Source: the human T2T-CHM13v2.0 reference genome, Homo sapiens. Taken from it: a stretch of DNA of 64,000 nt. Made by a program: the position numbers and the translations under genes. The notes under the pieces were generated by a model. The model saw only the letters and a list, made by a program, of their open reading frames with translations. It had not been told where the DNA came from and made no database searches. Positions 51,509-64,000 of this stretch are shown here, in pieces. Each line of letters begins with the position of its first letter. Position 1 is the first letter of the stretch. The DNA is taken from assembly GCF_009914755.1 (NCBI RefSeq), contig NC_060940.1; one strand, 5' to 3'.

Positions 51509-52542
51509 TTTCACCTATGTGGGGCCCTCTCCTTTTTTAGATTTCTGTCACTTCTTATGGAAGACTTCCTCATCTTGGTTATATGCTCTCCTGGAACTGT
51601 GACCCTCTCTTTCAGATATTAATAAAAAATGTGTACCCAGCTTGTAATTATAGGACCAGTAATGTGCTTATCTAGCAAAGGTCTGTCTTTACCTATAAAC
51701 TGTAAGCTCCCTGAAGGCAGACACCGTCTCTGTTTTTGTTTTTAATGTCCTATGCATAGTACAGTGTGTACTGGATGCTTAAAAGTTGTCAAATACATGT
51801 AAAATATTAATGAGTGGCCCTTCAGAACACTTATGTTGGAGTAGCAGACTCATTCCTTTATATACAATTAATAATGCATGAGCCACGATAGTAAAGGTAT
51901 TCCTAATCTCCATTGCAGACAGCGGATGATGACTGGATGGGGATACTGCTTCAGAATTTTCTTCTAAACCAGGTACCAAGGCACATAAAGTCAGCCTCTT
52001 TAATTTATAGTCACATCTCACTTCAGACCTCAAGTGAGATTACCAAATTTTATCAGTCACTTTAGCCTCCATTGTTAGCCAAACATCTTCCAATTGTTTC
52101 CAAAATAGATCCTTCCTTCTTTGAGTGACAGTGATGCCTGCTTTGGTTGGAAGGTCCCAGCCAAATCTCCCATCGATAAGTGGGGGATTGCTGCCCTCCT
52201 CCCACCAGTCCAGTCTTCAGCACAGAGCCAGGGGCTGCAGAAGAGCGCAGGCTTGGGTCTAGAATGCATGGGCTTCAATCCCAGGTCCTCTGTGCAGGTC
52301 TTAGGGCTGAAGTGCAGGGTTTCGCTGCGCAAGGCTGTCATTGCTCCTCGGTCAAATGGGGGTAAGTTCCTCCCTTGGAGGTCTGTTGACAGGATAACAT
52401 GCTGTAATGGATGTGTATGTTGATTAGCACATTCCTGTACTAAGCAGAAAGTTGCTCCGTGAATGTTAGCACTAGAGTTGTTAGTACACATGCTAAGTCA
52501 TAAAAGAGTATCACTCTTCAGCAGAGGACTTTAAATTATATG

Positions 52543-52930
52543 ACTGTGGTGGATTGTATTAAAGTTCAGCAAACATTCTCTCTCCCCTTGACCCACCATT
52601 CCAATTTGGGCTTGGTCGTGTTTCCCATTTGGCCAATGGGATGTGATCGGATGTGATCAAGAGCTAGTTCAAGCCAAGTCTGTAAGAGGCTCCGTGTGTT
52701 TCTGCTTGCCTTCCTTGATCCTGCCCACTGCGATGGGAAGGACACTCCCCTATGAGATGCTGCCTTTGCAACCTGGGACCTAAAATGAGAGGCACTTGGA
52801 GCTGGCGTGAAGTGAAGCCTGGCCGAGGCTGGCTGAGCCACAGTCAACGTGCAAACCTGGTGTGTTTGTAAATCACTCAGATTTGGAGGGTTGTTCATGA
52901 TATCACTGCAGCAAAACCAGGGGCAGTAAC
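52543..52930 (+). mobile_element. MLT1-like (MaLR) solo LTR
   Basis: tgtggtggattg...ggccaatggga...aaatcactcagatttggagggttgtt...cagcaa. Confidence 0.55.
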
Positions 52931-55649
52931 CCACATAGAAACCAACACGCTGTCTCTCACCGGTGTACTTTGAAGGGCATGAGCCTCCTTTAGATGGGTA
53001 GGTTCTGGTGCTTTCTGCAAAATAACCAGTTGCCCGGCTTCACACATTTATTTCTAAGTCATTGTAGCACACTCTTCTCTTTGGCCAACAGCCATGTTGG
53101 ATAAATCTTGTAACCTCTCTGAAACTCCATTGGTTTATAATCTAAGGGAATAAACACACGTTGAGCTCAAATTTGTGATTGTCTTGAGTGTTATTTAGAT
53201 GGAAGTACAAGAAACCCATGTCAGAATATGAAGCTTGAGTCAAGTTGCTCATATCAGAGTAAAACATTCAGAATAAATTGAAAGTTCCATTCCGTAAAAG
53301 GCAATTACAAAAGCAGGGAGGGGAAGTCCAAAGAAACCCTTTCAGGGCCTAAAATTTTCTTAGTACTTTCATGTCCCTTTAAAAAGAAAAATGACATTAA
53401 AATAATTTTAAAGGTTTTGACTTAAGCCCATGGACATAAGGAAATTCCCCTGCTTAGAATCAAGTTCTCACTATCTGGCCCAGCTTGCATTAGGAATGGA
53501 CTCCTGTGGAGATCCAATCTGGTGGTTTGGTTCCAGCTGAGAATGGCTATGCCGAAATTATTATGGCGCCAACCTTCCCATAATAAGCCGTACGTGGCTC
53601 TTAGCCTTGTAAGTGTCATAAGGACCTTTTGGATAGAAATCTGCCAATTTTTTCCACGCAGTCACTCTATTTGGGGTTTGTCTCTGCAGGTTTTCCTGGT
53701 ACCGGTTCTGGCCTTTTAAGATTTTTGGCCTTTTTTATATAAACGTATAGATGTTCTAGCTCAGTTATAAGTCTCTGATTGACAGAAAGATTTGTAATTT
53801 TTTTTTCTGTTGTTCTTCAGTTCTTCATTTCTCATTATGTTCCACTTTTTTTTTTTTCCTGGTTTTACTCAGATTTCACACCTAAGAGGTAGGCGTTGGA
53901 ATCTTTTGGTGGGTCATTATCTGTTAAATTGACAAAGCTATTAATCAGTTAAGTAACAAGTTGTTGAGGGAGAAACTTGGTAATTCAGTTCCTGTGTTTC
54001 CATGTAATTGTTGGTGTTCCTCCTGTCACTGTTGCTGTTTTGCCTAGAGAGCTGCTGGACAGGAGACCAACAGATTCCTGGCTACCTGTCAGGCAGCCAT
54101 CAAATAGTAATGATTTCCCGTCACTGCCAAGCATGTTCTAGATTTGAACCAATGACCTGAGAAGAAAGTCTCCACAGCCTATTACCAAATTAGCCCCTGA
54201 GTCTTTTGTTTTCCCAACAAACACCCTTTCCAATAAAATTTCATTTTTGCCGTTAGACTGGTCAACTTGCCTACAAATCCCTGAAGCGTGAAATTAATTG
54301 AACTACAGAGTTGGGCAAACAAGCTCAGAAGTGAGCTATTCAGAAATAGAAGCCAGTATTTCAGACATTGGTCCATTTGGAAAAAATGGCCTTGGTTTCC
54401 CTCTTGCATCTTGGGAGTGGGATTAGGGGTGGATGGGCGGGAGGTACACAGAAGTGGTTATGCAGTTTACTATTCCAAACTCTCATTTTCTTATGGCTTC
54501 AAGTTGATGAACACAGCATGCTAGGGGCTGAGACTCCTAGAGATTAAAAGCTGAATCACCCTGGAGAATCTTTCTTCCTATGACCAGGTTACCCGGGAGT
54601 TTCAGCTTGATTGCATTAGGAAAAGAGTTTCATAGCATTTCAAACCTTTTTTTTTTGAACTTTTATCTTTCAGCTATGAACCCACTACGAGTAGCAGAAG
54701 CTTCCTGTGGTAGGAAACAGCTTATCTCTTAAATTCTATCCCAGCAACATCTGCATAGTTCAAACCTTATTGGAGAGCCAACGTATTTCTCTTAAATTTT
54801 GATAATCTTTGTTGTGAACCAGCACAGGAAAAAAGCTAGATATTATATAAAGCTAAATGGAGCACATTCGCTTAACTTGAAGGAAGGAAGGTGCCATAGA
54901 GAGTCAGGGGACTGTGTTTACATACAGAGTCCGTAATAGGGTATCTGAGCCTCTTTGACTGGCCCTAAATTTCCAGTGTCAATTTCCCGAGGCCTTATAT
55001 ACACACAGAAGGTACAAACGTGTTCATCTATGACTAAAAGTATCTGCATTTTATTACAGAATACAGTTCAGCCTTCTAGGAAGGTTAAACAAGCAGGTGA
55101 GAAGTGAGGTTTGGAAAACGGTCAAGACAGCTGCAAGTCAACAAAGATACCAACTTGAAGTGTCAAAAGTTAAAAAGAACCCTTTATGGATATTCAATTC
55201 ATCTATTAAAGAAATGTATATGCACAACCTGCTATGTGGAGAGGATGTATCCTATGCTCAAAGGCCTAGGGTCATATTCTGGCTTTCTTTTCCAACTGTG
55301 TAATCCTAGGCCTGTTACTGAAGCTTTCCGAATCTCCCACCACCCCCATCTGTTAAATGTGAATGATAATGCCCTCGATAGGAGATGATTGTGTAGGTTA
55401 AATGAGATATGTAATGGACCTACTATGGTAACTATCACATGGCAGTCACTCAATAAATGGCTATTGCTGCATTACTAGTGTAGAGATCATTACTCTAGTA
55501 ATGATATTATCATTCAAGTTAAGCAAATTGATAATAGTTCTTATCCCTCAAAAACTTAGCCATGACACAGCCTTCTGGGTTATAGGAAATTCTTCATCTA
55601 GCCAGTGAAGCTAAGGGCATTTAACTGCAAGCGTTCCTCATTCTCCACT

Positions 55650-56010
55650 CAAGAGTCTTATCTGACCACTTCAGGGAATGTCAGCCGTGCCAGTGTCTTA
55701 ACACCCTGGGACCATCCATGATAGGTGGGAGTTGGTGGATAAATACCTTCCAGCTTCTTTGCTCCCTGGGTCAGTAACTCTGAAGTGTGTTCAACTCAGT
55801 GTCACAGAGATCCCATTATGACTAAGCCACAATTCCTCACATAAAAATCCTACACTTCCATGCATGCACCCTAGTATAGCTTCCATGCTTCCTTCCGCAT
55901 TAAACTTGCCCATCTCCCTTCCAGTGCCTCTGAGAACACATCCCAAAGAAGCCATTTGCACTCGAATCCTTGTCTCTAGGTCTACTCCTGCGTGAATCTG
56001 ACCGAAGACA
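55650..56010. mobile_element. MLT/MaLR-like LTR fragment
   Basis: ggataaataccttccagcttc...catcccaaagaagccatttgcactcgaatccttgtctc. Confidence 0.4.
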
Positions 56011-56271
56011 CTTGTGCTAAGTATAGATCTCATCCTGGAACTATCAGCCTAGAGTTACCATGTGAGAATCAACTGGATCTCAAATCAGCACGGGCAGTTC
56101 AGTATGTTACTTTGTGACTTCAGGGCTGTATTCACATTTGAAAGTGGTTTGTTTTCTCTGCTTAATGCATTGAATATATATGGCTTGCTTTTTCCTGGTC
56201 ACAGAGGCTTCTCCTTGGTCTCAGTTTAGCTACTCTGGAAGATGTGTGATTATTTCTTGGAGCCCACACCC

Positions 56272-56435
56272 TTAGCACCCAAATATCTATTTGACGTGTA
56301 CACCACATCCTATAGTTTAAGTAAAACCATCTCAGAATCTTACCTTCCAAACTCAGTGAAAACCTATCCAGCCAATTCACATAGTATAGTAGCAGATAAT
56401 GTTACTAATAGAAATATAAAGCATCCATTTGAAGC
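56272..56435 (+). repeat. Dispersed direct repeat, copy 2 (pairs with 34121-34284)
   Basis: 150/164 identical, ungapped (manual alignment). Confidence 0.92.
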
Positions 56436-57261
56436 TCTTTTCTTTATTCACGGAGCATGTAGGGGATACAAACAATTTTCCAAATGTTTTTCCCTTGCAT
56501 AAACCCTATGAAGAAGAAACAAAATAATGACCCAGAAAAACTGAACAAAGGTAATCAGTTTCATAATTTAAGATATGTTAGTTTAATGGTGCACAAATTA
56601 GAACTATTTGACGCATCAAGACTGACAGTTTCTCTAATGTCATTGCTAAAGAAATGCATTTTCAATGACCTCACAGTTTTTGTATTAAAATAATTATTGC
56701 TCTTTGCATGTATAATTGTGATCTGGGCAATTAGAACGTAATCCCTCCCTTGGCCTCTTTCTTCTGGGCTAGGTAACACAACAAAGCAGTAGTCACAGTT
56801 AAAGAAATGCACAGCAACAGCAAATTGACATGGCACCTCGATTTTAGTCAACATTAGGGAATGAAAAATGCGTCTTGAATTAGTATCGTAAGACCTTGCT
56901 TTATGCAGTAACCGTCATGGTGTGACCTGAACTAAGTAATGTAACCTCTGCTACCTCTGCTCTCAACTTCAACAGGGAGGAAGACTGACTTCACAGAACC
57001 GTCATGAGTTTCAATGAGACAAAATAGGAATAGCAACTATGTCAACTATGTACACACTAGATACAAGTCAGTTAATGTTTTTATTATCTCAGCTGATATT
57101 TATAATTGCTCTTTGAGCTAAGAAAGGCAGATTTATGCTTACTCTTCACAGATGAGAAACTGAGAATTAGAAAGGTTAATTTATTTTGACTAGTAAATGT
57201 CAGAGATCAGACTTGAACCCTGGACCCTTCAGTTCGAGATGAATCTTCTCTCTTCTACAAC

Positions 57262-57470
57262 AGTGCTCTTGGAGCTTTTCTGAGCGCTAGAATGCTGCAC
57301 GAGCTTGTTAAAAAAAGCAGATTTCCACTGCTCCTTCCCCAACTCTCACTCCAAAGATTCTGACTCTGTGGTTCTGAGATTCGTTTTAGGAATCTGCATT
57401 TTCAATAAACACTTCAGAGAATTCTAATGCAGAAAATCCATGCGTAGAACACATTTTTAGAACACTTAGC
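57262..57470. mobile_element. MER5-like fossil
   Basis: gagcttgttaaaaaaagcagatt...gattctgactctg...ggaatctgcattttc. Confidence 0.55.
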
Positions 57471-60400
57471 TGTTATGACACATTGTCTATCAGGATTATG
57501 TTAAATGGTGGCAAGCCTTTAGAATTAAAGAAACTTTCTATTGACTGGTATCAGGAAACTTGATAATTTTTATTACTGATAATAATGATAGTACTATTAC
57601 TTGAGTTCTTATTAGGTGCCAGCCCCTGTGTTAAGTGTTTGATGTGCATTATTTAAGTGGATCCTTATGACGTCCAGGTGGCCCCTGGAATTGTACAACC
57701 CCACAAGGTACTATTACCCTCCCTATTTGATATTGAAGCATCAGATCTCAAAGAGGTTAAATCAATTTCCAGTGACTTCCTAATAAACAGCAAACAAAGG
57801 AATTGAACCCCAATTTTCTAAACTTCATACCCATATAATTAGTCATTCTCTTCTGTAGGGAACAAATAAATGAGGGAGGGGAAATAATTCTGTGTGAATT
57901 GAGTGTCTCACGCTGACAAAGTCACACCGTAGTTGAACAAATTCAGAGAGCTATGGCTTAACCCTACATGCATTATTTAACCTGGTTTATTCCAATAGTG
58001 ACCCTTTCATTGTCAGAGGTTCAGCTCTGTGGTATCAGATCCCAGGAATAGAATGGGGTATTAGTTTTCAATTGCTCATTAACAAACTACTCCAAATACG
58101 GCCGTTTAAAACAACAAACATGTATTATCTCACACAGTTTCTGAGGGTAAGGAATTCAGTTTAGCTGGATGTTGCTAGCTCAGGACCTCTCAAGAGATCC
58201 ACTCAAGCTGTTGGCTGGAGCTGCGGTCATCTGAAGGCTTGAGGAGGGCTGGCGTATCTGTTTCCAAGATAGGGAGAAACCCTATACATGTAATCTATCT
58301 TGAAGATCTCTCTAACTTGAAGATCAGGAAGGAGATCTGAGAACTTTCATGGAAGCTTTAGCTCTTGAATTGACACGAGGTTGGAGACAGCAGAGCGCTT
58401 TTCTCAGGTATAGAGAGGACAATGCTCAGGGCTTACCATACTTCATAGAGGTAGAAATAAGAGATAGGAGCTGAACTGCCTTGGTAGTAGAATGCTTGTA
58501 GCTGATAGTTACCAAGGGAGGGATAATCAGTCAATGTAGGACTGAATCTAGGTTCACCATTCACAAGGTTTATGAACTTGGAAGTATCTCTTAACATCTG
58601 GAAGATTCAATTTCCTCTTCTGTAACATGGGGACAGTCCTGGCACCTACTTACCTCAAAACTGTAGTTTGAGGATTTCTTTGAGCTACAGCATGTAAAGT
58701 TTTGAGGTTAATGCCTGGGGCATAGTAAGTGCTAAGCTAACATAATGGATAATATAGCCTTCGTGCCTCTATTTCCAACCCTTAAGGGGACATTAAGTCC
58801 TTGGTTAAAGACCAAGGACTTTATCTTTTTATTTAAGAATCTTGGATTGGTTCAAAGTTTAAAAACAAAGGAAAACACACAAACAGCAGTATTATTTTTA
58901 AAATATTGTTAAATAAGGACAATAGAGTCCCAGTTCCTCCTGGAGAACTTGGAAAACATAAAAAAAAACACAAAATACAAAATGGAGAAGGCAACCTCAA
59001 AATAGCGGGGCCTTCCTATCTCTGATACTGTTATGTGGATCTGACACTACGCTGTCAACATATGTTTCCTAGACGTCGTTTGAAATGGCTCAATGGAAAC
59101 TAATGAGATGAATGAATCTCATGTTTTCCTCTGTCTTAAAAATACGCCTGCTCTCAGCAATGGGGTTTTCAAGACCAAGAGATGACTTTAAGTAATTTCG
59201 AACAATTTTGTCTTATGTAATCCAAAATACACATACTTGCAAATATGAGTTAAGCTCATTTTATATGTAAAAATTCCCATAGCTGAATCAAAACATGACC
59301 TCTTTCATTCTTCTTTCCAGTGTCTGGTACAACCAACTAAAAATTCTCCCTACCTTTGCAAACCAACCATGTTCTCATGGGAGGGCATATTGAGTGAGCC
59401 AAGGAACCCTCTATCTAAGTCCTGAGAATTCACTAGTAACAGCAAGCTCTTGTTAGATGTCACTCTTTTTGAGGGAAAAGAAAGTGACCTTCAGGCATTG
59501 GGGATCCCAGTCTCGAGGAATTCCTACTGGTGGAAGAGACTCAGTGTGCCCAAATAGGAAGCTTTGGATTTGGCATAACCAGAGCTTTTCTGCATGAACT
59601 TTTATCACTTACTCCTTTTGTGGGAACAGTCTTAACAGTCTGCTCCGCCTGTTAGCAACTTATTTAGTTCCTAAGCCACAATGTGGCACTTAATGCGCTT
59701 GGCTCCCTTTTGCATTACTACAATTAGTTGTAGGTTTGACTGTCTCTTCCAGACTGTAAACACCTTGAGGGCAGAGCCTGGGTATATGAGGTTTCTCTAT
59801 CTTACTCAGTCTGTAGAACTGGACTGGATTAGCCTTGGATAAGCAGCACAGACAGAGGCTGTCAAGAGAATAGGCTCCAACTCCTAGAGAGTGAAATCCC
59901 TTAAAAGAAAGCAAGAAAGTGAGGAAGTGGAGGAAGAAGAGAAAAAAGACAGGGAGGAATAAAAATCATTTGTTGCACTCTGTGGCTTTTTCTACAAGGA
60001 ATCCTATGAATATGGCCATCTCATCATCTTGTTTATTTCTTTATTAAACTTAACACATCTATAACTGTATTAGTAACCCATTTATCAGTTTCCTGCATTA
60101 GATAGTGGGTTCTATAAGGGTGGGAATTTTGTCCCAGCCCAGTAGATTCTGAAAGGGTGTTTGTTGAATGGGACAGACTCAAAGATGTTTGAATGCATGA
60201 ATGAATTAGCTCTAAAACTTCTCTTCCCAGCTGAATGGGGCCCTTCTTGCAAGGCCTCTCTGAAGAGCCTGGCTAAGAGTAAGGAGTGCTCAGGGTCACA
60301 TGATTCTGATGGCCAAACCTACCAAAACCCTCCTTACCTGAGCACGATCCTCAGGGACAGTGACTTCCCCAGACCTTGTGTGTTATAAACCCAGATCACA

Positions 60401-61305
60401 GTGAGGAGAGAGAACCAGATGACAGCTGACAACCCTTCTGGAAATTTAACGTGAAATATAAATAATAGAAACTCCAACCTGCCACTGCCCAGAGGCTCAA
60501 GTATCCGTAGTCAGAGTCAACAATGCTGCCTTGCAGAAATATGTGTCCAGTTTTTATCTTTCTAGAAACAGCCAAGGAGTACAGTTCCTCTGGACCTAGG
60601 GTGATAACAATTGAAATAGAGGCTAAAGACATTATCTATTCCTTGACACCGGAAACATGTCACAAGTGAACAATTTTCAGAACTGGCTTTGGTAGCATGT
60701 TGGAAAAAGTTTGTCCCCACTGCAGTTTCTGTTTTAGTTCTTGGCATTTTCCATGTATCCAATTAGCCTTCCCTTCAAAGCAAAATTTAAACAACAACTA
60801 CAAAAACCAACACAAAACCCTCACCATTCACTTTTTCTGTGTCTGGATATTTCTCATTTCAAAAGGATCCTTAGCTGGAAAAGAGGAAAGGTCCGTACAT
60901 GGTTTGTCATGTTGTTACAGAGAGGCAATGTGATGACCGGAACGACACAGGTCATGAATTCCAGTTACCCCACATAGTAATCTATCCATTCATTGAAAAA
61001 GGTCTTATGCAGCCCAACTAGGTGATGGGCCTGAGCTGGGCCTGGGGAATCATTTGTTTTTTCTTAGGCGAGATGTTGTGCTAGCTTCTGATGATGCAAG
61101 CACCATGGTCGAATGTGTTTAGTGGGAGAAACTGGCATTTACCAAATACTCAATTTGGTTTATAGCTGTAGACAAGGATGCTGAAGCAAAGAAACCAGGT
61201 GTTATGGGTGCATGTAACCTGGCTGCTTGCTATGTGTGTTATGTGGAAGGAGGAAGACATGGGGATGAGAGTAAGCACAGCATCCGGGCAGGGGGAATTG
61301 CATGT

Positions 61306-61445
61306 GCAAAGGCGGGGAGCATGGGAGCATGGCCTGACTGTGGAATGAAAGGAGGCTGATTCAGCTGCGTACAGCGCAAAGGCGGGGAGCATGGGAGCAT
61401 GGCCTGACTGTGGAATGAAAGGAGGCTGATTCAGCTGCGTACAGC
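61306..61445. repeat. Perfect 70-bp tandem duplication
   Basis: 61306-61375 is identical to 61376-61445. Confidence 0.95.
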
Positions 61446-63469
61446 GAGGTGAGAAATGGGGCATCGCGTTCTGCTGGAGAAGTAGGCAGGGCCAACACCG
61501 GTAGAGCCTTCGGTCAAATGTCAAGAGTTGGTCTTCCTCCTTAAAGGTAGCTGGAGATTGTGCAGTACTGGGCTTGCAGCATAGCACAGAACACAGAAAC
61601 TTGAACCATTAACCAGAACAAAGTATGCTGTCATGGAAGAATGGACCAGGGATCTGGGAGGGCACTTCAAAGGCCCTAAATAGCCAATCCTGTGATGTGG
61701 TCCTGAGCAACTTCACCAAAATCCTACACCTCCGAGAAGGTTATGGGGTGATATGTGATCTCATGGTAGCATCCTTATCTACTACCTTTTTTCCCCGTCG
61801 TCCTTTCACAGTCATTTGAGAGGAACACGTTCATGTTTCCTGGGAATCATTTTGTCTTCACCTGCAGCTTGTACCTTTGTTAGGCCCTACCTTTTATCTC
61901 TAGAGTCAACTGTGTCTTGAAGTTTCTGGTCATGTACATTCCAGCTCTCCTAAAATAATGAGGGGCCAAGGGCTGAAGCACCTCACTGTCAGGGGGTACA
62001 AACACTCAAAGGAAATGGCTACTTATTTAGAAGTTCTTGGTTTGAGTGGCATCTCAGCTAGAAACACTATTAACCTCTGGAAATCTAACCAAAAACCTAT
62101 TTATTTACACATGGGCTGTTTTGCTTTGTTTTGTTTTGCTAGTATATGAGTATGCGTGTCTGCCCTTTGCTGTAACCTTCTGAGCAGAGGTTGTGAGGCA
62201 GTTAAGACTTGGAGCTTAGAAAGTTGGATTCTTTAAAAGTAAAATAGTAATAGCAATAATAATAAAGACCTGGTCAACCTGCCCCACCCCAATAACAGGG
62301 TTGTCTACATGATTATGAGTGGGTACATTTTGATTTTTCAAGCTTGCTGCAAATGGGCCTGAATTGGACTCGATTTCCCATCGTAATTGCTTTCTGCATG
62401 AAGAGGTCTTTTCCAGAACTGTCTGCGACCGCTGTTTTAATGGGAAGCTTGTCTATTTATATGTTAATAATTTCCTCCAACTTATTGGGCTTGTTGATGC
62501 AAAAGCCCAAATCAGATGCTTTCCAATTTTCAAGGTTTACTATTAATCTCAGATTTTTTTGCACCAACGGAAAGCTGTTTCAACCTCCTCTGCTCTAAAC
62601 CCTCTTGATGAAAGCATGATGAATGACAACAGGCTTCTTTTCATGAAACATGGTTGTGCCGATATACATTTAACTTACAGCTCAGTGGAACCTCAGTGCA
62701 GGTAGCTCCACAGGTGATTTTCACAGGTTGCTTCACAGGTGAATTTGCTAGGGAGAATGCCATCACGGATGAATGCCTTCACTCAGCTGCTGAGCTACCC
62801 GGGCTTTGCTGAGAAAGATCTCCTGTATCATGTGAATGGGCCTGGGCTTGTGGGATGTGACGCTGCAGCAAAGGAATCCAGGAGAGGAAACCAAGGACTC
62901 AGCACTAGAAACGGAACAGGCCAGCTTTGAAATCCAGACTCTACAAGCAAGTAACAGTGTAGCACCCCACAGCCACAGCCTCTCTGATTTTCAGTTTCCT
63001 CATTGCTTAAAAAAAATGACAGCAATCATTCTCTCATATTGTTTATCTCTTACGTATCGTGGGGTTTAATTATATAGTGTCCATGAAGATACTTAAATGT
63101 CTGGTTAATGAAAACCCTCCGATACATCACTGTTAAAGCTCAGACACTCTGAATCTAGTCTTCATAATTCACACATCCATTGCTTGATCCATAGGGCAGG
63201 GATTTTCATCCTTTTTGTTTTCTGTTGCTTCTCCCCAGTGCCTAGGACAAGTTCGTGAACGTAGTAGGTGCTTATTAAGTAGTTATGGACAAATTGCATA
63301 GCGAGTTCAGTCATCACAGGTTTATTGACCATCTGTGGTGTCCCAGCATCTTAGAAATGAAAATATGCTGTTCTTGTTCCTGAGAGCTCTTGACCTTTGA
63401 GGGATGACAGGTAGGTGGAGGTTGGCAGAGAACTGAGATATAAATAATAAGTAATGACAGTAGTGTGCA

Positions 63470-63655
63470 GTCTCTTAAAAGAATGGCCCAAGAAGCATCT
63501 AAATGAGAATGACCTGGAGCGTGTGTTAAAAACACAGATTCATTGGCCCCAGACAAGATTTATGGAATCAAAACACCTAGGTGATGGGCCCTGGGAATCT
63601 TCATTTTTAAGAAACATCTCAGACAACTCTAACTTTCATTTCTATTTGGAAACTT
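63470..63655. mobile_element. MER5-like fossil
   Basis: gaatgacctggagcgtgtgttaaaaacacagatt...gggccctgggaatcttcattttt. Confidence 0.55.
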
Positions 63656-63928
63656 TTGCAGAGATGGGTGCTGAGAGTAGGGTTTGTGTCATTGCAAGTT
63701 GCTGCGGCAGCTGCAGGCAGGGTTAAGGGGAGTGAGAGGAGCCTCCCTCGAGGAACTAGGGCTTGAAGGATGGAGAAGAGACTTCCAGGTGAAGAAGGGT
63801 GTAAGGACTTCCTAGTACAGGGAAAGGCACAGACCCCAGACAGCACCGACCCCTCCAGAAAACGTGCGCAGAGGAGACCTGAACAATTGAGTGGAAACAA
63901 GGGGTGAGGATAATAAATTCAGATTATT

Positions 63929-64000
63929 AGCCGGGCGCGGTGGCTCACTCCTGTAATCCCAGCACTTTGGGAAGCTGAGACGGCAGGATCACGAGGTCAG
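63929..64000 (+). mobile_element. Alu 5' end, cut off by the window edge
   Basis: gccgggcgcggtggctcactcctgtaatcccagcactttggg. Confidence 0.9.

Noticed and set aside
58795-58821. 11-bp-stem hairpin AAGTCCTTGGT-taaag-ACCAAGGACTT followed by a T-rich run
   Set aside because: It resembles a bacterial terminator, which has no meaning in human DNA, and is too short to support an RNA gene call.

Overview
This is human non-coding genomic DNA (intronic or intergenic), rich in repeats. I can support no intact host protein-coding gene; nearly all ORFs in the track come from repeats or are spurious. The dominant feature is a ~4.2-kb minus-strand composite retrotransposon insertion (17449-21671) bounded by a perfect 13-bp target-site duplication (TSD). 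In its own 5'->3' direction it reads: partial Alu, MAST2 exon-1 CpG island (encoding the MAST2 N-terminus) spliced into an SVA, long GC-rich VNTR, SINE-R, first poly(A), transduced AluSp with its own old TSD, 82-bp unique tag, AATAAA, second poly(A). This matches the known human-specific SVA_F1 subfamily, in the Alu-flanked form attributed to the chromosome-10 (H10_1/CH10) source lineage. The family is known, but this copy could be polymorphic or uncatalogued. Also present: a TSD-bounded, originally full-length L1PA carrying a truncated MER61-like LTR; Alus; a MADE1 MITE; MER5A/MER20/MER3 fossils; MLT, L2 and MIR fragments; and microsatellites. Structures I cannot assign to a repeat family are a nested 79-bp-arm inverted repeat (5425-5726), a 164-bp dispersed direct duplication 22 kb apart, a perfect 70-bp tandem duplication, and several repeat-free blocks that look like enhancers. 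Coordinates of old repeats are approximate and were read by eye.
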